DNA of 64,000 bases from an uncultured Verrucomicrobiae bacterium (GTDB taxonomy: Bacteria > Verrucomicrobiota > Verrucomicrobiia > Chthoniobacterales > Terrimicrobiaceae), in NCBI GenBank assembly GCA_963706955.1, contig CAVPOC010000004.1, positions 1 to 64,000 on the forward strand, in the 5' to 3' direction. Positions 1-12,042 of this stretch are shown here, in pieces. A program made the position numbers and the translations under genes. Below the pieces are notes generated by a model. The model was given only the letters and a program-made list of their open reading frames with translations. It had not been told where the DNA came from and did no database searches. How positions within the stretch are numbered: position 1 is the first letter of the stretch; the number at the start of each line of letters is the position of its first letter.

Positions 1-68
1 CTCTTGGTCACCTCAGTGAGGAAGATTTCGATCGCTGGGTGCGCGCCGAGGAGATGACGCATCCTTGA
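1..68 (+). CDS. fumC: Class II fumarate hydratase, C-terminal fragment (gene begins before the window)
   Basis: Manual translation from nt 3 gives LGHLSEEDFDRWVRAEEMTHP*, matching the typical FumC C-terminus (LGxLSExEFDxWVRPExM). Not in the ORF track. Confidence 0.75.
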   Translation, partial: LGHLSEEDFDRWVRAEEMTHP

Positions 69-112
69 TTTTGCCCTCTGGGAGAGAAAAAGTTGATGAC
101 ACACTCGTTGCG

Positions 113-128
113 TGGAATGAAAGTTGCT
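113..128 (+). promoter_or_regulatory. Putative sigma-54 (-24/-12) promoter of gltB
   Basis: TGGAATGAAAGTTGCT has exact GG-N10-GC spacing and a TTGC -12 box, and lies about 50 nt upstream of a nitrogen-assimilation gene. Confidence 0.55.
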
Positions 129-178
129 CCATGAAAGGCATTGCTCCCTAGCAAGTGGAATTGAAACTGGGAAAGAAT

Positions 179-3100
179 ATGAACATCGCCGCCCAACGAC
201 TCCGGTATTGCCAGACAAGGCTTATACAATCCTGAGCATGAGCATGACTCGTGCGGTGTCGGCTTTATTGCGCAAGTAAGCGGACGGCGCTCCAATCGCA
301 TTCTGCGTATCGGGCTTCGATCGATTTGCGGTTTGATGCATCGAGGGGCCCTGGATGCTGATGCCAAAACGGGAGACGGCGCCGGGGTGGTAACCCAAAT
401 TCCCTACAAGCTGTTTGTTCCCGAAGTGACCCGGCTGGGCCACACCTTGTATAAGGAGGGGGATCTTGGTGTCGGGGTGTTGTTTCTTCCGCACGACAAC
501 GCGTATGCCCAGGCGCGCGCCAAGGCGATTACCCAGGAAGTCCTCGAGAAACGGGGCCTCTTTCTTTTCGGCTGGCGTGAGGTTCCGATCAACATTCGGG
601 TGCTTGGCGAGAAGGCGCAGGTGACCATGCCGCGCATTGAGCATGTTCTCATCGGCAAACCATGGGGAATGGCGGATGATGATTATGAGCGCCGTCTCTT
701 CCTTGCTCGAAACGAAATCGAGGACACCGCCGCGGCTGACAAGATCAGCAACTTCTACATACCCTCCTTTTCTCATCGCGCGATCGTCTACAAGGGACTG
801 CTGGTTTCCGCATCGCTGGAGAAGTTCTATCCCGATCTTTCCAATCCCGACTACGAGTCGGCGCTCTGCGTCTACCATCAGCGGTACAGTACGAACACCT
901 TCCCTAAGTGGCCCCTGGCCCAGCCGTTTCGCATGCTGGCCCACAACGGCGAGATCAACACCATTCGCGGTAATCGAAACTGGACGGCCGCGCGCGAGGC
1001 CGAGCTGCGAGCCGACTTTTGGGGCGATGACATCAACCTGCTCAAGCCGATCATTCAGCCGGGCGGATCCGACTCTGCGAGCCTCGACAACGTGCTCGAG
1101 GTTCTCACCATGAGCGGCCGCGGTGTGCTGCACGCCATGTCTATGCTCGTGCCGCCCGCCTGGCGTTCCGACAAGAAGATCCCGCAGAGCGTGGCCGACT
1201 TCTACGAGTATCATCGCTGTATTTGTGAGCCTTGGGATGGTCCTGCGGCACTTTGCTTTACCGACGGGATTACTGTGGCTGCATGTCTCGATCGGAACGG
1301 CCTGAGGCCCGCCCGATACATGTTGAGCGATGACGGCATTCTCTGCCTTGGTTCCGAAGTTGGCATCTCTGGCATAACTCTCGGGAACCTCGTCCAGATG
1401 GGGCGGCTGGCCCCGGGAGAGATGATTGCCGTGGATACTGCCGGTGGACGGTTGCTTTTCGACAAGGATGTCAAGGCGATGCTCGCCTCTCGCAAGCCGT
1501 ATGGAGAGTGGTTGCGCCAGAATCTTGTGCGCTTCAAGCATCTTGCAGACTCCCGAGATTTCGGCCAATTCCGGCGAAGTTGACATCCTCACCCTGACTC
1601 AGCGCCAAATCGCCTTTGGGTATTCGAGCGAGGAGCTAGATATCGTCTTGAAGCCGATGTTCAAGGATGGCGCCGAGGCGGTAGGTTCCATGGGAGACGA
1701 TACGCCACTAGCCGTGCTATCGCTGAGGCCGCGGCTGCTCTACACTTACTTCAAGCAGCTCTTTGCGCAGGTAACCAATCCGCCGATTGATCCGATTCGG
1801 GAGAAACTGGTGATGTCTCTTCACACAGTGCTTGGATGGCGACGCAATCTGCTTTCCGAGACGCCCGAGCATTGCCGCCAGATCATCCTCGAGTCGCCGA
1901 TACTGCTGGATGCAGAGGTCGAGCAGCTGGCGGCAATCGGCGGTGAGTTTCCCGCGAGAACCATTCCCTGCCTCTGGCCGGTTTCCGAGGGCACGGCGGG
2001 GTTGGAAAATGCGATTCATCGAATTTGCCGGGAGGTCGAGAATGCGGTCGATGAGGGTATTCGCCTGATCATTTTGTCGGACCGTGGTGTCGATTTTGAG
2101 AACATCGCGGTTCCGATGCTCCTGGCTATGGGAGCTGTGCACCATCACTTGCGTCGCGTGGGAAAGCGCATGAAGGCGAGCATGATTTGCGAGACGGCCG
2201 AGGCCCGCGACGTTCATCAGGTGGCTTGTCTGATCGGCTTTGGTGCAAGCTGCGTGAACCCCTATCTCGCCTTTGAGACGATTCGCGAGCTCATCGAGAA
2301 AGGGGCCGTCGAGCCTGACCTCGGGAAGGTCACGATGAGCTACAAGAAGGCGCTGGAAAATGGTCTCCTCAAGATCATGTCCAAGATGGGGATTTCGCTG
2401 GTGAGCAGTTATCGTGGCGCGCAAATTTTTGAGGCTATTGGAATCTCTTCGAAGCTGGTCGAGGAATGCTTTACCGGCACGTGCACGCAAATCGAGGGTG
2501 TGGGTTACGAGGAGATCGCGAGCGAGAGCCTTACTCGGCATGCCTTGGCCTTTGGGAATGCAGTTCCGGTTGAGGCAGGCAAGCTCGATGATCCGGGATA
2601 TTTTCGGTTCCGGCGTGGCGGTGAGTTGCATGCGGTGAGCCCGCCAGTGATTCAGAATTTTCACACTTTTGTCGGAATCAAGGGGGCGGACAAGGCGGGT
2701 AAAGCTGAGGACTACAAGAAGTACGTCGAGGCCGTTTTGGCCAATCGTCCGCATTCGCTACGCAATCTTCTCGAGCTTGTTCCCCTGCCATCTGGGCCGG
2801 TTTCCATCGACGAAGTGGAGCCGATCGAGGAGATCCGCCGCCGCTTCACAACCGCCGGGATGTCCTTGGGAGCACTGAGCCCCGAGGCGCACGAAACGCT
2901 TGCCATCGCGATGAACCGAATTGGTGGCAAATCGAACAGTGGCGAGGGAGGTGAAGATCCCGTGCGGTTCAAGCGCCGCGAAGATGGCGATTGGGCAAAC
3001 AGCGCCATCAAGCAAATTGCCAGCGGACGGTTCGGTGTCACCGCGGCCTATCTGGCCAGCGCCAAGGAGATTGAGATCAAGATGGCCCAAGGAGCCAAAC

Positions 3101-4774
3101 CGGGCGAAGGCGGTCAATTACCGGGCCATAAGGTCAGCGCCTATATTGCCCGCTTGCGGCATGCGGTGGCCGGAGTAACCCTGATCTCTCCGCCGCCGCA
3201 TCACGATATCTATTCGATCGAGGATCTTGCGCAGCTAATCTACGATCTGAAGCAGGTTAATCGCCGCGCCCGCGTCTGTGTAAAGCTGGTCGCGGAGGCT
3301 GGGGTTGGGACGATCGCGGCGGGAGTTGCCAAGGCGCATGCGGACATCATCCTGGTCAGCGGACATGAGGGGGGCACGGGTGCCTCGCCATTGAGTTCGA
3401 TCAAGAACGCCGGCGGGGCTTGGGAAATGGGCGTAGCCGAAACTCATCAGGTGCTCCTTCTCAATGGCTTGAGAAATCGAGTCACGCTGCGCACCGACGG
3501 GGGCATGCGGTCTGGTGAGGATATTGTTTACGCAACGCTCCTCGGAGCAGAGGAATACAATTTCGGAACTGCGGCTCTGATCGCGATGGGGTGCGTTTAT
3601 GTCCGCCAATGCCACCTTAATACTTGTCCGGTGGGGGTAGCCACGCTTGATGAAAAATTGCGCGGAAAATTCAAGGGCAAGCCGGAAAATGTGGTCACCT
3701 TTTTCAATGCAGTCGCCGCCGAGGTGAGGGAGATCATGGCGCGGCTTGGATTCCGCACCGTGAATGAAATGGTGGGTCATACCGAATGTTTGCGGCAGAG
3801 ACAAATTCCCGACCATCCGAAGGCGAACACGCTCAATCTGGCGCCATTGCTCGTCGACGTGGCCAAAGATGACTCGACCATGGTCCGGCACGCCACGCGC
3901 TTTCGCAATGACGGGCCCGAGGATCGCACGCTCGACGACATTGTTTTGCAGGATGCAAAGGATGCCATCAGCGACGGCAGGCCGATCTCTCTCGCTTACA
4001 AGATCGCTAATACCAACCGATCGGTTGGCACTCAAGTGTCCGGCGAAATCGGTTACCAGTATGGCGAAGATGGCCTGCCGGATGGCACGATCGAGCTCCG
4101 GTTCACCGGGAGCGCAGGACAGAGCTTTGGCACCTTCTTGGCCCCGGGAGTCCGACTCGTTCTCACCGGGGAAGCCAACGACTATGTTGGCAAGGGGATG
4201 AGCGGTGGCGAGATCGTGATCAAGGCGACGCCGGAGCGAAAATACACTCCCCATGAATGCATCATCCTTGGCAACACCGTGATGTATGGTGCGACCGGTG
4301 GTGACGCTCTTCGCCAACGGGCGAGGTGGAGAGCGCTTTTGTGTGCGTAATTCCGGCGGAACGGCTGTGGTCGAGGGAGCCGGAGATCATTGCTGCGAAT
4401 ATATGACGAACGGCACCGTCGTTGTCATGGGAGCCACCGGCAAGAACTTTGGCGCGGGAATGACTGGCGGGGTCGCCTATGTCCTCGATCTCGAAGAAGA
4501 GTTCTTAAGCCGCTACAACCCTCAGCTGATTACACCCTCCCGTCTCGAAAATGAGGAAGACATCACAGAATTAAAGGGACTGATTTACAAACACTTGGAA
4601 AGAACAGAAAGCCAGATCGCGCGCGAAATTCTCGCCGATTGGCAGACCTATTCTCAGAAATTCTGGAAAGTGAGCCCGACGGTGCCAGCCGCCAAGCCTG
4701 TGCTGCCCGAAACCGATAAGACCAAAGCCGAAGCAGGCCAGGTCATCAACGAGAACGTCACCGCTTCGCGCTAG
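179..4774 (+). CDS. gltB: Glutamate synthase large subunit (reconstructed across apparent indels at about 182, 1545 and 4303)
   Basis: GLYNPEHEHDSCGVGF (N-terminal catalytic Cys) lies upstream of ORF 333 in the same frame. Also HQRYSTNT, EPWDGPA, FAQVTNPPIDP, AQGAKPGEGGQLPG, SPPPHHDIYSIEDL, the 3Fe-4S motif CVYVRQCHLNTC, and the GXGXG domain. Joins ORFs 333-1583, 1426-4350 and 4286-4774. Confidence 0.95.
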
Positions 4775-4779
4775 CCGCC

Positions 4780-5199
4780 GTGTCTGTGAGAATCGTCGAG
4801 CAGCTCGCAGTATTTCTGGCCAACAAGCCCGGAACGCTCGCGGAAGTTTGCGACGCGCTGGCCGCGGATCGTGTTAATATTTACGGACTGACCATTTCGG
4901 ACACCGTCGATCACGCGGTCGTTCGCATGGTCGTAAGTGATACCCGAAGGGCCCTCGCCATTTTTGAGTCGCGCGGAACCTTGGTCGTCGAGACAGACGT
5001 GATCATGATCGAGAACGACAATAAGCCTGGCAGCCTCTCCCGCATCGCCAGCATTCTCTCGACGCATAAGATCAACATCGAATATGCCTATCTCGCCTCG
5101 ATGCCAACAGCCAAAAAGGGACTCTTGATCCTGCGAGTCCAAGATCCCAATCGGGCGCTCAAGGTGCTTTCAAAAGGTCTCGCCCAATCGCCGAAGTAA
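4780..5199 (+). CDS. Tandem ACT-domain protein
   Basis: Two ACT repeats (LANKPGTLAEV...VNI and NDNKPGSLSRI...INIEYAY). Starts 5 nt after the gltB stop. Confidence 0.85.
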   Translation: MSVRIVEQLAVFLANKPGTLAEVCDALAADRVNIYGLTISDTVDHAVVRMVVSDTRRALAIFESRGTLVVETDVIMIENDNKPGSLSRIASILSTHKINIEYAYLASMPTAKKGLLILRVQDPNRALKVLSKGLAQSPK

Positions 5200-5204
5200 G
5201 GCGT

Positions 5205-5276
5205 CGTATTGTCGCGGCGATGTCCTCATCGCCGATAGGTTTTACGGCGGCTGGGGACACCGCCGCTGCAACTACG
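5205..5276. repeat. GTAG-type REP doublet (REPIN-like), copy 1
   Basis: Inverted pair cgtattgtcgCGGCGATGtcctCATCGCCG ... CGGCGGctggggacaCCGCCGctgcaactacg between convergent genes. It overlaps the ftsH TAG stop. Confidence 0.75.
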
Positions 5277-7317
5277 CGGGCGCCGGCGCGGGGAGCCCGC
5301 CTGGAGGAAGTTCCGGCTTGATCGGCTCCGGCGGTTCGGGAACTGCATCTGCGGGGGGCGGCGGAAGGGGCGGTGGAGCCTTTTCCTTCCGGGGCGGATT
5401 CTTTAGCTGACCCGTTTCGATGATTTCATTGATGTGGGCGGCGTCGAGCGTTTCGAACTCGAGCAATGCCTTGGCGATCACCTCAAGCTTGGCGCGATTT
5501 TCAAGAATGATCTTTTTGGCTCGGTTGTAGGCATCATCGACGAGCCTGCGGACCTCCCGATCGATCTCCTGAGCAGTGGACTCACTGTAGTCGCGTGACC
5601 GCGTGATGTCTCTTCCCAGGAAGACATAGTCCTCGTGTTCCCCGTATTCGACCATGCCAAGAGTATCGCTCATTCCCCATTCGCAAACCATCTTGCGAGC
5701 CAAACGAGTCATTTGCTTGATATCGCCCGCGGCGCCATTGGAAATGTCCTGACTATAGAGTTCCTCGGCAACACGTCCTGCGGCAGTTACTGCGAGCAGG
5801 TCGAGAGCCTCTTTGCGTTGGGTCGAATATTTGTCACCCTCGGGCAGATACATGGTCGCACCGAGAAAGTTCGCTCGCGGAATAATAGTAACCTTGTGCA
5901 GAGGGTGGGTATGCTCGAGGAGCACGTTCACGATGGCGTGACCTGCCTCGTGCCAGGCCGTCGAGATCTTCTCTTTATCACTCATCGCCAGGCTGCGACG
6001 CTCACGCCCCCAGCGCACCTTGTCGCGCGCTTCTTCGAGCTCGGCCAGCGTGATCGCTTTGAGTCCGCGCCGAGCGGCAATCAGCGCGGCTTCATTGATG
6101 ACATTAGCCAACTCCGCGCCTGAAAATCCCGGCGTTCCCCGCGCGATCACGGCGAGATCGACGTTCGCAGAGAGTTTCACCTTCTTCGAGTGAACCTTGA
6201 GGATTTCTTCACGGCCATTGACGTCGGGCAGACTTACGGTCACCTGGCGGTCAAACCGCCCGGGGCGCAGCAAGGCCGGATCGAGAACGTCCGGCCGGTT
6301 CGTGGCCGCGATGATGATGACGCCATCCTGAGTATCAAATCCATCCATCTCGACGAGGAGCTGGTTGAGCGTTTGCTCTCGTTCGTCGTGGCCTCCTCCG
6401 AGTCCATGGCCGCGGTGCCGCCCGACAGCGTCGATCTCATCAATAAAGATGAGGCACGGTGCATTCTTCTTTCCTTGCTCGAACATGTCGCGGACGCGGG
6501 ATGCCCCCACACCAACGAACATCTCGACAAAGTCCGATCCACTAATGGAGAAGAAAGGAACGTCGGCCTCACCCGCTATCGCTCGCGCAATCAACGTCTT
6601 GCCAGTTCCCGGGGCGCCTACCATCAGAACGCCTTTGGGGATGCGGCCGCCCAGCTTCTGGAATTTCTTGGGATCCTTAAGAAAATCGACGAGCTCAGAA
6701 ACCTCTTCCTTGGCTTCTTCGACTCCGGCGACATCTTTAAACGTGATGCGATTCTTCTCCTTGGAAAGCATGCGCGCTTTGCTTTTGCCGAAGTTCAGCG
6801 CACTTCGACCGGCCATTTTGATCTGTGACCGGAAGAAGAAATAGAGAATGACCAGGAAGAGTGCGATCGGGAGAAAGCTCACGATTGCGGAGGCGAGCAC
6901 GTTAGATTCCGGCTTTACCGAGGGAACGATATTGGCGGCGGCGAGCGCTTGCTCCATCTGCGTGCCATTAAAAGGCATATAGATGGGAGTGCGGAAGGGC
7001 ACCTCGACCTCTTCGTTCGTGGTCAGCGATTTACGTTTGTAGAAACCCGAGATTGCCTGGGTATTCCGGCCTTCTTCCACGACGATTTCGACCGGTTTCT
7101 GTTCGGTCGAGACGATTTTCCCGGCCTTGAGCAATTCCAAAAATTGCTTATTGGAAAGCTCTTCAGTTTGAGTGAAGTTGCCTCCGCGGAAAAGAAATGC
7201 TCCGCCGATCAACGCCAGGGCGACCGCAAAGAGCACAAGACCACGCCAGTTGAGCTGGGGATCTCCTCCCCCCGGCGGTCGGTTTTCTTTAGGTGTCTTG
7301 GGATTTTCTTCAGACAT
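5272..7317 (-). CDS. ftsH: ATP-dependent zinc metalloprotease FtsH
   Basis: Two TM segments, Walker A GAPGTGKT, Walker B IFIDEID, SRH motif [15 protein letters not shown] zinc motif. Confidence 0.97.
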   Translation of the reverse strand: MSEENPKTPKENRPPGGGDPQLNWRGLVLFAVALALIGGAFLFRGGNFTQTEELSNKQFLELLKAGKIVSTEQKPVEIVVEEGRNTQAISGFYKRKSLTTNEEVEVPFRTPIYMPFNGTQMEQALAAANIVPSVKPESNVLASAIVSFLPIALFLVILYFFFRSQIKMAGRSALNFGKSKARMLSKEKNRITFKDVAGVEEAKEEVSELVDFLKDPKKFQKLGGRIPKGVLMVGAPGTGKTLIARAIAGEADVPFFSISGSDFVEMFVGVGASRVRDMFEQGKKNAPCLIFIDEIDAVGRHRGHGLGGGHDEREQTLNQLLVEMDGFDTQDGVIIIAATNRPDVLDPALLRPGRFDRQVTVSLPDVNGREEILKVHSKKVKLSANVDLAVIARGTPGFSGAELANVINEAALIAARRGLKAITLAELEEARDKVRWGRERRSLAMSDKEKISTAWHEAGHAIVNVLLEHTHPLHKVTIIPRANFLGATMYLPEGDKYSTQRKEALDLLAVTAAGRVAEELYSQDISNGAAGDIKQMTRLARKMVCEWGMSDTLGMVEYGEHEDYVFLGRDITRSRDYSESTAQEIDREVRRLVDDAYNRAKKIILENRAKLEVIAKALLEFETLDAAHINEIIETGQLKNPPRKEKAPPPLPPPPADAVPEPPEPIKPELPPGGLPAPAPA

Positions 7318-7355
7318 TTGACTAATACAATCCCGTTAACACACGCTTTCTGCAA

Positions 7356-8108
7356 ATGCAAACGCCGCGCCGGGCCCTGGTCGTCTCGATCCACGACGTA
7401 AGCCCGCTGACCAGCAAGCTCGTATTTGCAATGATAGGCGACGTCGCTGCCGCCGGGGTGGACCACATCGCTCTCCTGGTCATCCCCAATCATCATGGCA
7501 AGGCACCGATTCGAGAGAATCCGGAGTTTTGCGATTGGCTAAGAGAATCAGAGCAGATGCACGAGGTTGTGCTGCATGGATACTTTCACAGCCGTCCGCA
7601 GAGCGCAGGCGGATGGTGGGACACCTTGGTTACGGAGCACTATACTGCTCGAGAAGGGGAGTTCTACGACCTTTCCGAGAGTGACGCGACGCTGCGACTC
7701 GAGCGCGGCAAGCGCGAGTTTGCGGAACTTGGCTTATTCGCGCGAGGTTTCATTGCCCCGGCCTGGCTTCTTGGTCGACAGGCCGAGCGCGCAGTCAGAA
7801 GGGTCGGGTTTGAGTACACGACAACGCTCCGCAGCTTCAAGGATCTGGTGACTGGTCGTGAGACCGTTTCCCACAGCCTCGTCTGGAGTGTGCGTAGTGC
7901 CTGGCGGAGGGTCGCGAGCCTTGGTTGGAATAGGCTGCTTGCGGGCAAACTCTTTCGTGCGCCACTTTTGCGCATTGGATTGCATCCGGTGGATTGGCAG
8001 TACGGCGCGGTTCGAAGACAGGCGCTGCATCTGGTGCGCAGCGCGCTTGCCGCTCGCGAAGCGATCACCTATGAGGAATGGCTCGCGCGTTTGCGTTCCG
8101 AGCAATGA
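7356..8108 (+). CDS. Polysaccharide deacetylase-like protein (DUF2334 / CE4-like)
   Basis: SIHDVSP, LHGYFH, GEF, GFIAPAW and LRIGLHPVD motifs. Its stop overlaps the next start (ATGA). Confidence 0.8.
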   Translation: MQTPRRALVVSIHDVSPLTSKLVFAMIGDVAAAGVDHIALLVIPNHHGKAPIRENPEFCDWLRESEQMHEVVLHGYFHSRPQSAGGWWDTLVTEHYTAREGEFYDLSESDATLRLERGKREFAELGLFARGFIAPAWLLGRQAERAVRRVGFEYTTTLRSFKDLVTGRETVSHSLVWSVRSAWRRVASLGWNRLLAGKLFRAPLLRIGLHPVDWQYGAVRRQALHLVRSALAAREAITYEEWLARLRSEQ

Positions 8109-10514
8109 ATTCTCCGAAGTCTAAAGCCGATTTGCATATTCATTCCCGTCACAGCACGCGCGCTGCCGACTGGGTGCTTCGCCGCCTTGAATTTCCGGCC
8201 AGTTATTCGGATCCGCTTCAATTGTACAAGTCGTTTGCGCGAAATCGGCATGGACTTCGTAACCATCACCGATCACAACACCATCGCCGGCTGCTTGGAG
8301 ATTGCGCACTTGCCCGGAGTGATTTTTGGCGAGGAGGTGACAGCAAATTTTCCCGACGATGAGTGCAAGGTGCACATCCTGGTATGGGGGCTTACCGAAA
8401 CGCAGCACCGAGAAATCCAGATGCGTCGAGACAATGTCTTCGAAGTTCAACGCTACCTGGCCGAGCAATCACTCGCCCATGCTGTCGCTCACCCTCTCCA
8501 CAGCCCTGACGAGAAGCTGACGCCGCTCCATTTTCAGAAACTCGCACTGATCTTCCGTCACTTCGAGGGTGTTAATGGACGATACCATGCGCGTCTGAGC
8601 GATGCGGCATGCGACGCTCTGCGATCGCTGACCCCGTCGAGTATCGAAGCCTTTGTCGCACGAACTGGAATCGAGCCGACCCACGATGAGCCATGGAGAA
8701 AAATATTCGTCGGAGGCTCTGACGACCATGGCGGCGTCTATCCGGCGCGAGCGTGGACCGAGGTGCCATGGTCCGAAGCGGCCGGGGAGTTCTTGGCAAA
8801 GGTCCGCGAGGGACAGTGTGAGGCGGCGGGTGAAGGAGGCACGCCGCTCGCCCTCGCTCATGGCACTTACAGCACGGCTTTTCACTATCTCAAGGCGAAG
8901 CTCTCGATGCGGGGGAACGACGCCGGCGCGGGACTAATTGAGAAGGCCTTCTCACGATTCATGGAAGGCCGAAATCCAACGGAGTTCAGCCTGGCGGAAA
9001 AGCTGGGTTTTCTCGCGCAGGGGATTGCCACGGGAAAGATCTTTGAGATCGCCATGGCCGGAAACACCACGCTTTGGAAAGAACTCTCCACCTATTTCTC
9101 GAAGCCCGAAGTGAGAGCTGCGTTGGCTCGCGAGACCGCCGGCGTGCCTGAGCCGGAGCGTCGTGCGTTCCTTATGGCGAATCTCATCGCCGGGCAGCTC
9201 GGTTACCGTTTTGTCACTCAATTTATCGCACAGCTGTCGAGTGCCCGTTTTATCGAAAGCATTCAGGTGATAAGTCCCCTGGTTCTGATTGCCGCAATGC
9301 TCAGTCCCTATATTCACGCCTTTCGTCAGCCTCGCCGTGAGTGGCTGAGGGAGATGACCCGGGTCGTAGGAGGAACGGCTCCGGCATTTCTCGGCAATGA
9401 GAAGCGGGCTTGGTTTACCGACACACTTGACGACGTGAACGGCGTCGCCACGACTATCCAAAAAATGGCCGCGGCTGGTGTCGCTGCCGGGCATGATATC
9501 ACCGTTGTCACTTGTCAATCTGGTGAAATCGATAGCGACATTCCCTTAAAGAATTTCCAGCCGGTCGGCGAGTTTGCGCTGCCCGAGTATGAGCTTCAGC
9601 GGCTTAGCTTTCCTCCTCTGCTGCTCATCATGGAGCATCTTGCGCGCGAGAACTACTCGGAGTTGATAATTAGCACCCCGGGACCGGTTGGTTTGTGCGC
9701 CTTATGCGCAGCCAAGACACTGGGTCTGCGGGCGGTCGGGATTTATCACACCGATTTTCCTCAATATGTCCGGATTTTGACCGATGACTCATTTCTCGAG
9801 ACGCTGACCTGGAACTACATGCACTGGTTCTACAGCCAGCTCGATATCGTCTACGTTAACTCGCAGGACTACCGACGGTCCTGGATCGAGCGGGGGATAC
9901 CGGCGGAGAAGCTGAAGCTCTTGCCACGGGGTCTTGATACACGGATGTTCCATCCAGCCAGGCGGGACGCACGGTTCTGGCAAGTCAGGGGGTTGCGTGA
10001 AGATGAATTGGGCATGTTGTTCGTCGGGCGTATTTCCAAAGAGAAGAACCTTGATACATTGGTTGCCTCGACGCGGCGACTAGCAGAATGGAAGTTGCCA
10101 GTGCGACCGCTCTTTGTTGGCGATGGTCCGTATTTGGCGGAGATGAAGCGCCTTCTACCGGACGCGTTGTTTACTGGCTATCTCCGTGGTGAGGAGCTGG
10201 CGGGCGCCTTTGCTTCGGCCGATTTCTTCGTTTTTCCGAGCACGACGGATACTTTCGGGAACGTCGTCCTTGAAGCACAGGCCAGCGGACTGCCGGTGAT
10301 TGTCTCGGACATGGGCGGTCCCAGAGATCTCGTCCAGCATGGCAGAGATGGCTTTATCACCAAGGCCCTCGACAGTGGCGAGTTGGCCGAGGCAATCCGG
10401 CGCCTCACCGAAGACCCAAGATTGCGTGAACGGATGGGCTTGCTTGCTCGTGGGCGAGTGGAAACGCGCGACTGGTCAGAAGCGTTTGAAACCTTCTGGC
10501 ACGCCTCTCCCTAG
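8105..10514 (+). CDS. PHP phosphoesterase domain fused to a GT4 glycosyltransferase (apparent indel at about 8232)
   Basis: PHP metal motifs DLHIHS, ITDHN, GEE, AHP and GSDDH. GT4 motifs NGVA, YHTDFPQY, FVGRISKEKN and DTFGNVVLEAQASGLPV. Confidence 0.85.
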
Positions 10515-10545
10515 GGCGCCGGAATGCTCCTCGCACGGCGATCGG

Positions 10546-11926
10546 TCACACGGTGGGTTTGATATTCTGATTGAGGCGAAACAGGTTCGTGGGATCGTAT
10601 TTGTTCTTGATCGAGACCAGCCGTTCGTAGTTTTCACGGTAGCTTGCCCGCACGCGATCTTCGCCCTCATCCATGATGAAGTTGAGATATGCTCCGCCCG
10701 CCGAATAGGGGTGCAATGCGTCCCAATAGTTTTTTGCCCAAGCGGTGATGCGTTCTCGATTCGCGGGTTCCGGATCCACCCCGACGATAACCTCAGCCCA
10801 GACGGCATCCCGATAGCTCCAGGGCGTCTCGGTGCTGGCGACCTGATGCGCTTTTCCGTTAATCGGATAGAGATGTGCCGTCGACAGGAGGGTGGGGATC
10901 CTTGAACCATGTTCAATATGCAGCGCGATGGCTTCATCGCTAAGCTCATTGACGAAATCGGCCTTCCAGTACCATTGGAGGCCTGGCGGGTAAAGGCCAT
11001 CGAACATCGTCTGAAGAACAGGATACGGCATCGGACCGACCAGATCGAGTTCCGGACGCAAAGAGTCGCGAATTGGCTTAAAGGTTGCCTCCGCCTTGTC
11101 TAAGGCTCCTGCGTAGCACCAAACGATTCCACACATGTTCTTCAGATGGAGGTTTTCCGGGAAGGGCGGCCCGGGTGGCACAATCAGAAAGGCGAAGAAC
11201 CCGTTGATTTGCTCGGAAGCGGTGGTGATGAATTCGCGATACCAGCGCATGATTTCCGCTGCGCGTTCGAGCGGCCAAAGCATCGGTCCGGCGTAAACAG
11301 TATGGATGGGATGCGCCTGGAAGAGGAACGAAGTGACCACGCCAAAGTTCCCGCCGCCACCGCGGATGGCCCAATAGAGATCGCTGTTTTCATCGGCACT
11401 CGCGGAAACGAACCGTCCGTCGGCCAGAACCAGATCAGCGGCGAGCAGGTTGTCGATGGTCAGCCCATGCTTGCGGGTGAGGTAACCCAGGCCACCTCCG
11501 AGCGTCAATCCACCCACGCCGGTGGTCGATATGAAGCCACTGGGCACGGCGAGACTGAACGCATGCGTCGCGTGGTCGACAGCGTTCCACGTGCAACCGC
11601 CTCCCACTCGCACTGTTCGATCGCTGGGATCCACGCGGGTGTAATTGATCAGCGAGAGGTCAATTACGAGGCCATCATCACAGACCCCCATGCCGCCCGC
11701 GCTGTGCCCGCCGCCCCGAACCCCGATGACCATTCGATGCTCACGGCCAAAATTGACCGCCGCGATGACGTCCGCAACGTCGGCACAGCGCACGATGAGA
11801 CTTGGCCGACGGTCGATCATGCCATTATAGACTTTTCGTGCTTCATCGTAGACCTTCTCGCCGGGCTGGATGAGCTCGCCAGCGAGACTCAGTTTGAATT
11901 CTGCTAACGCTCGTTTGATCAGGCAT
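10546..11926 (-). CDS. FAD-linked oxidoreductase, berberine-bridge/VAO family
   Basis: RGGGHS (covalent-FAD His), TGVGGLTLGGG, RGGGGNFGVVT and the C-terminal BBE motif KYDPTNLFRLNQNI. Start placed at the AAGGAG-preceded ATG at 11926, which requires one indel. Confidence 0.88.
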
Positions 11927-12042
11927 GATGACTCCTTCGAAAGCTGACGGGTTGTAGAGCAAAAGGACGCAGGATGAAAGCCCAACTTAGTAAAGGAAGT
12001 GTGCGCCGGTCCGGGTTGCGGCGCGTTTGACCGCTGCTCTGT

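Noticed and set aside
222..4317. Long antisense ORFs (222-1592, 1717-2754, 3235-4317, and similar ones opposite pgk, hisF and others)
   Set aside because: These are shadow ORFs of GC-rich coding strands, with no motifs of their own.
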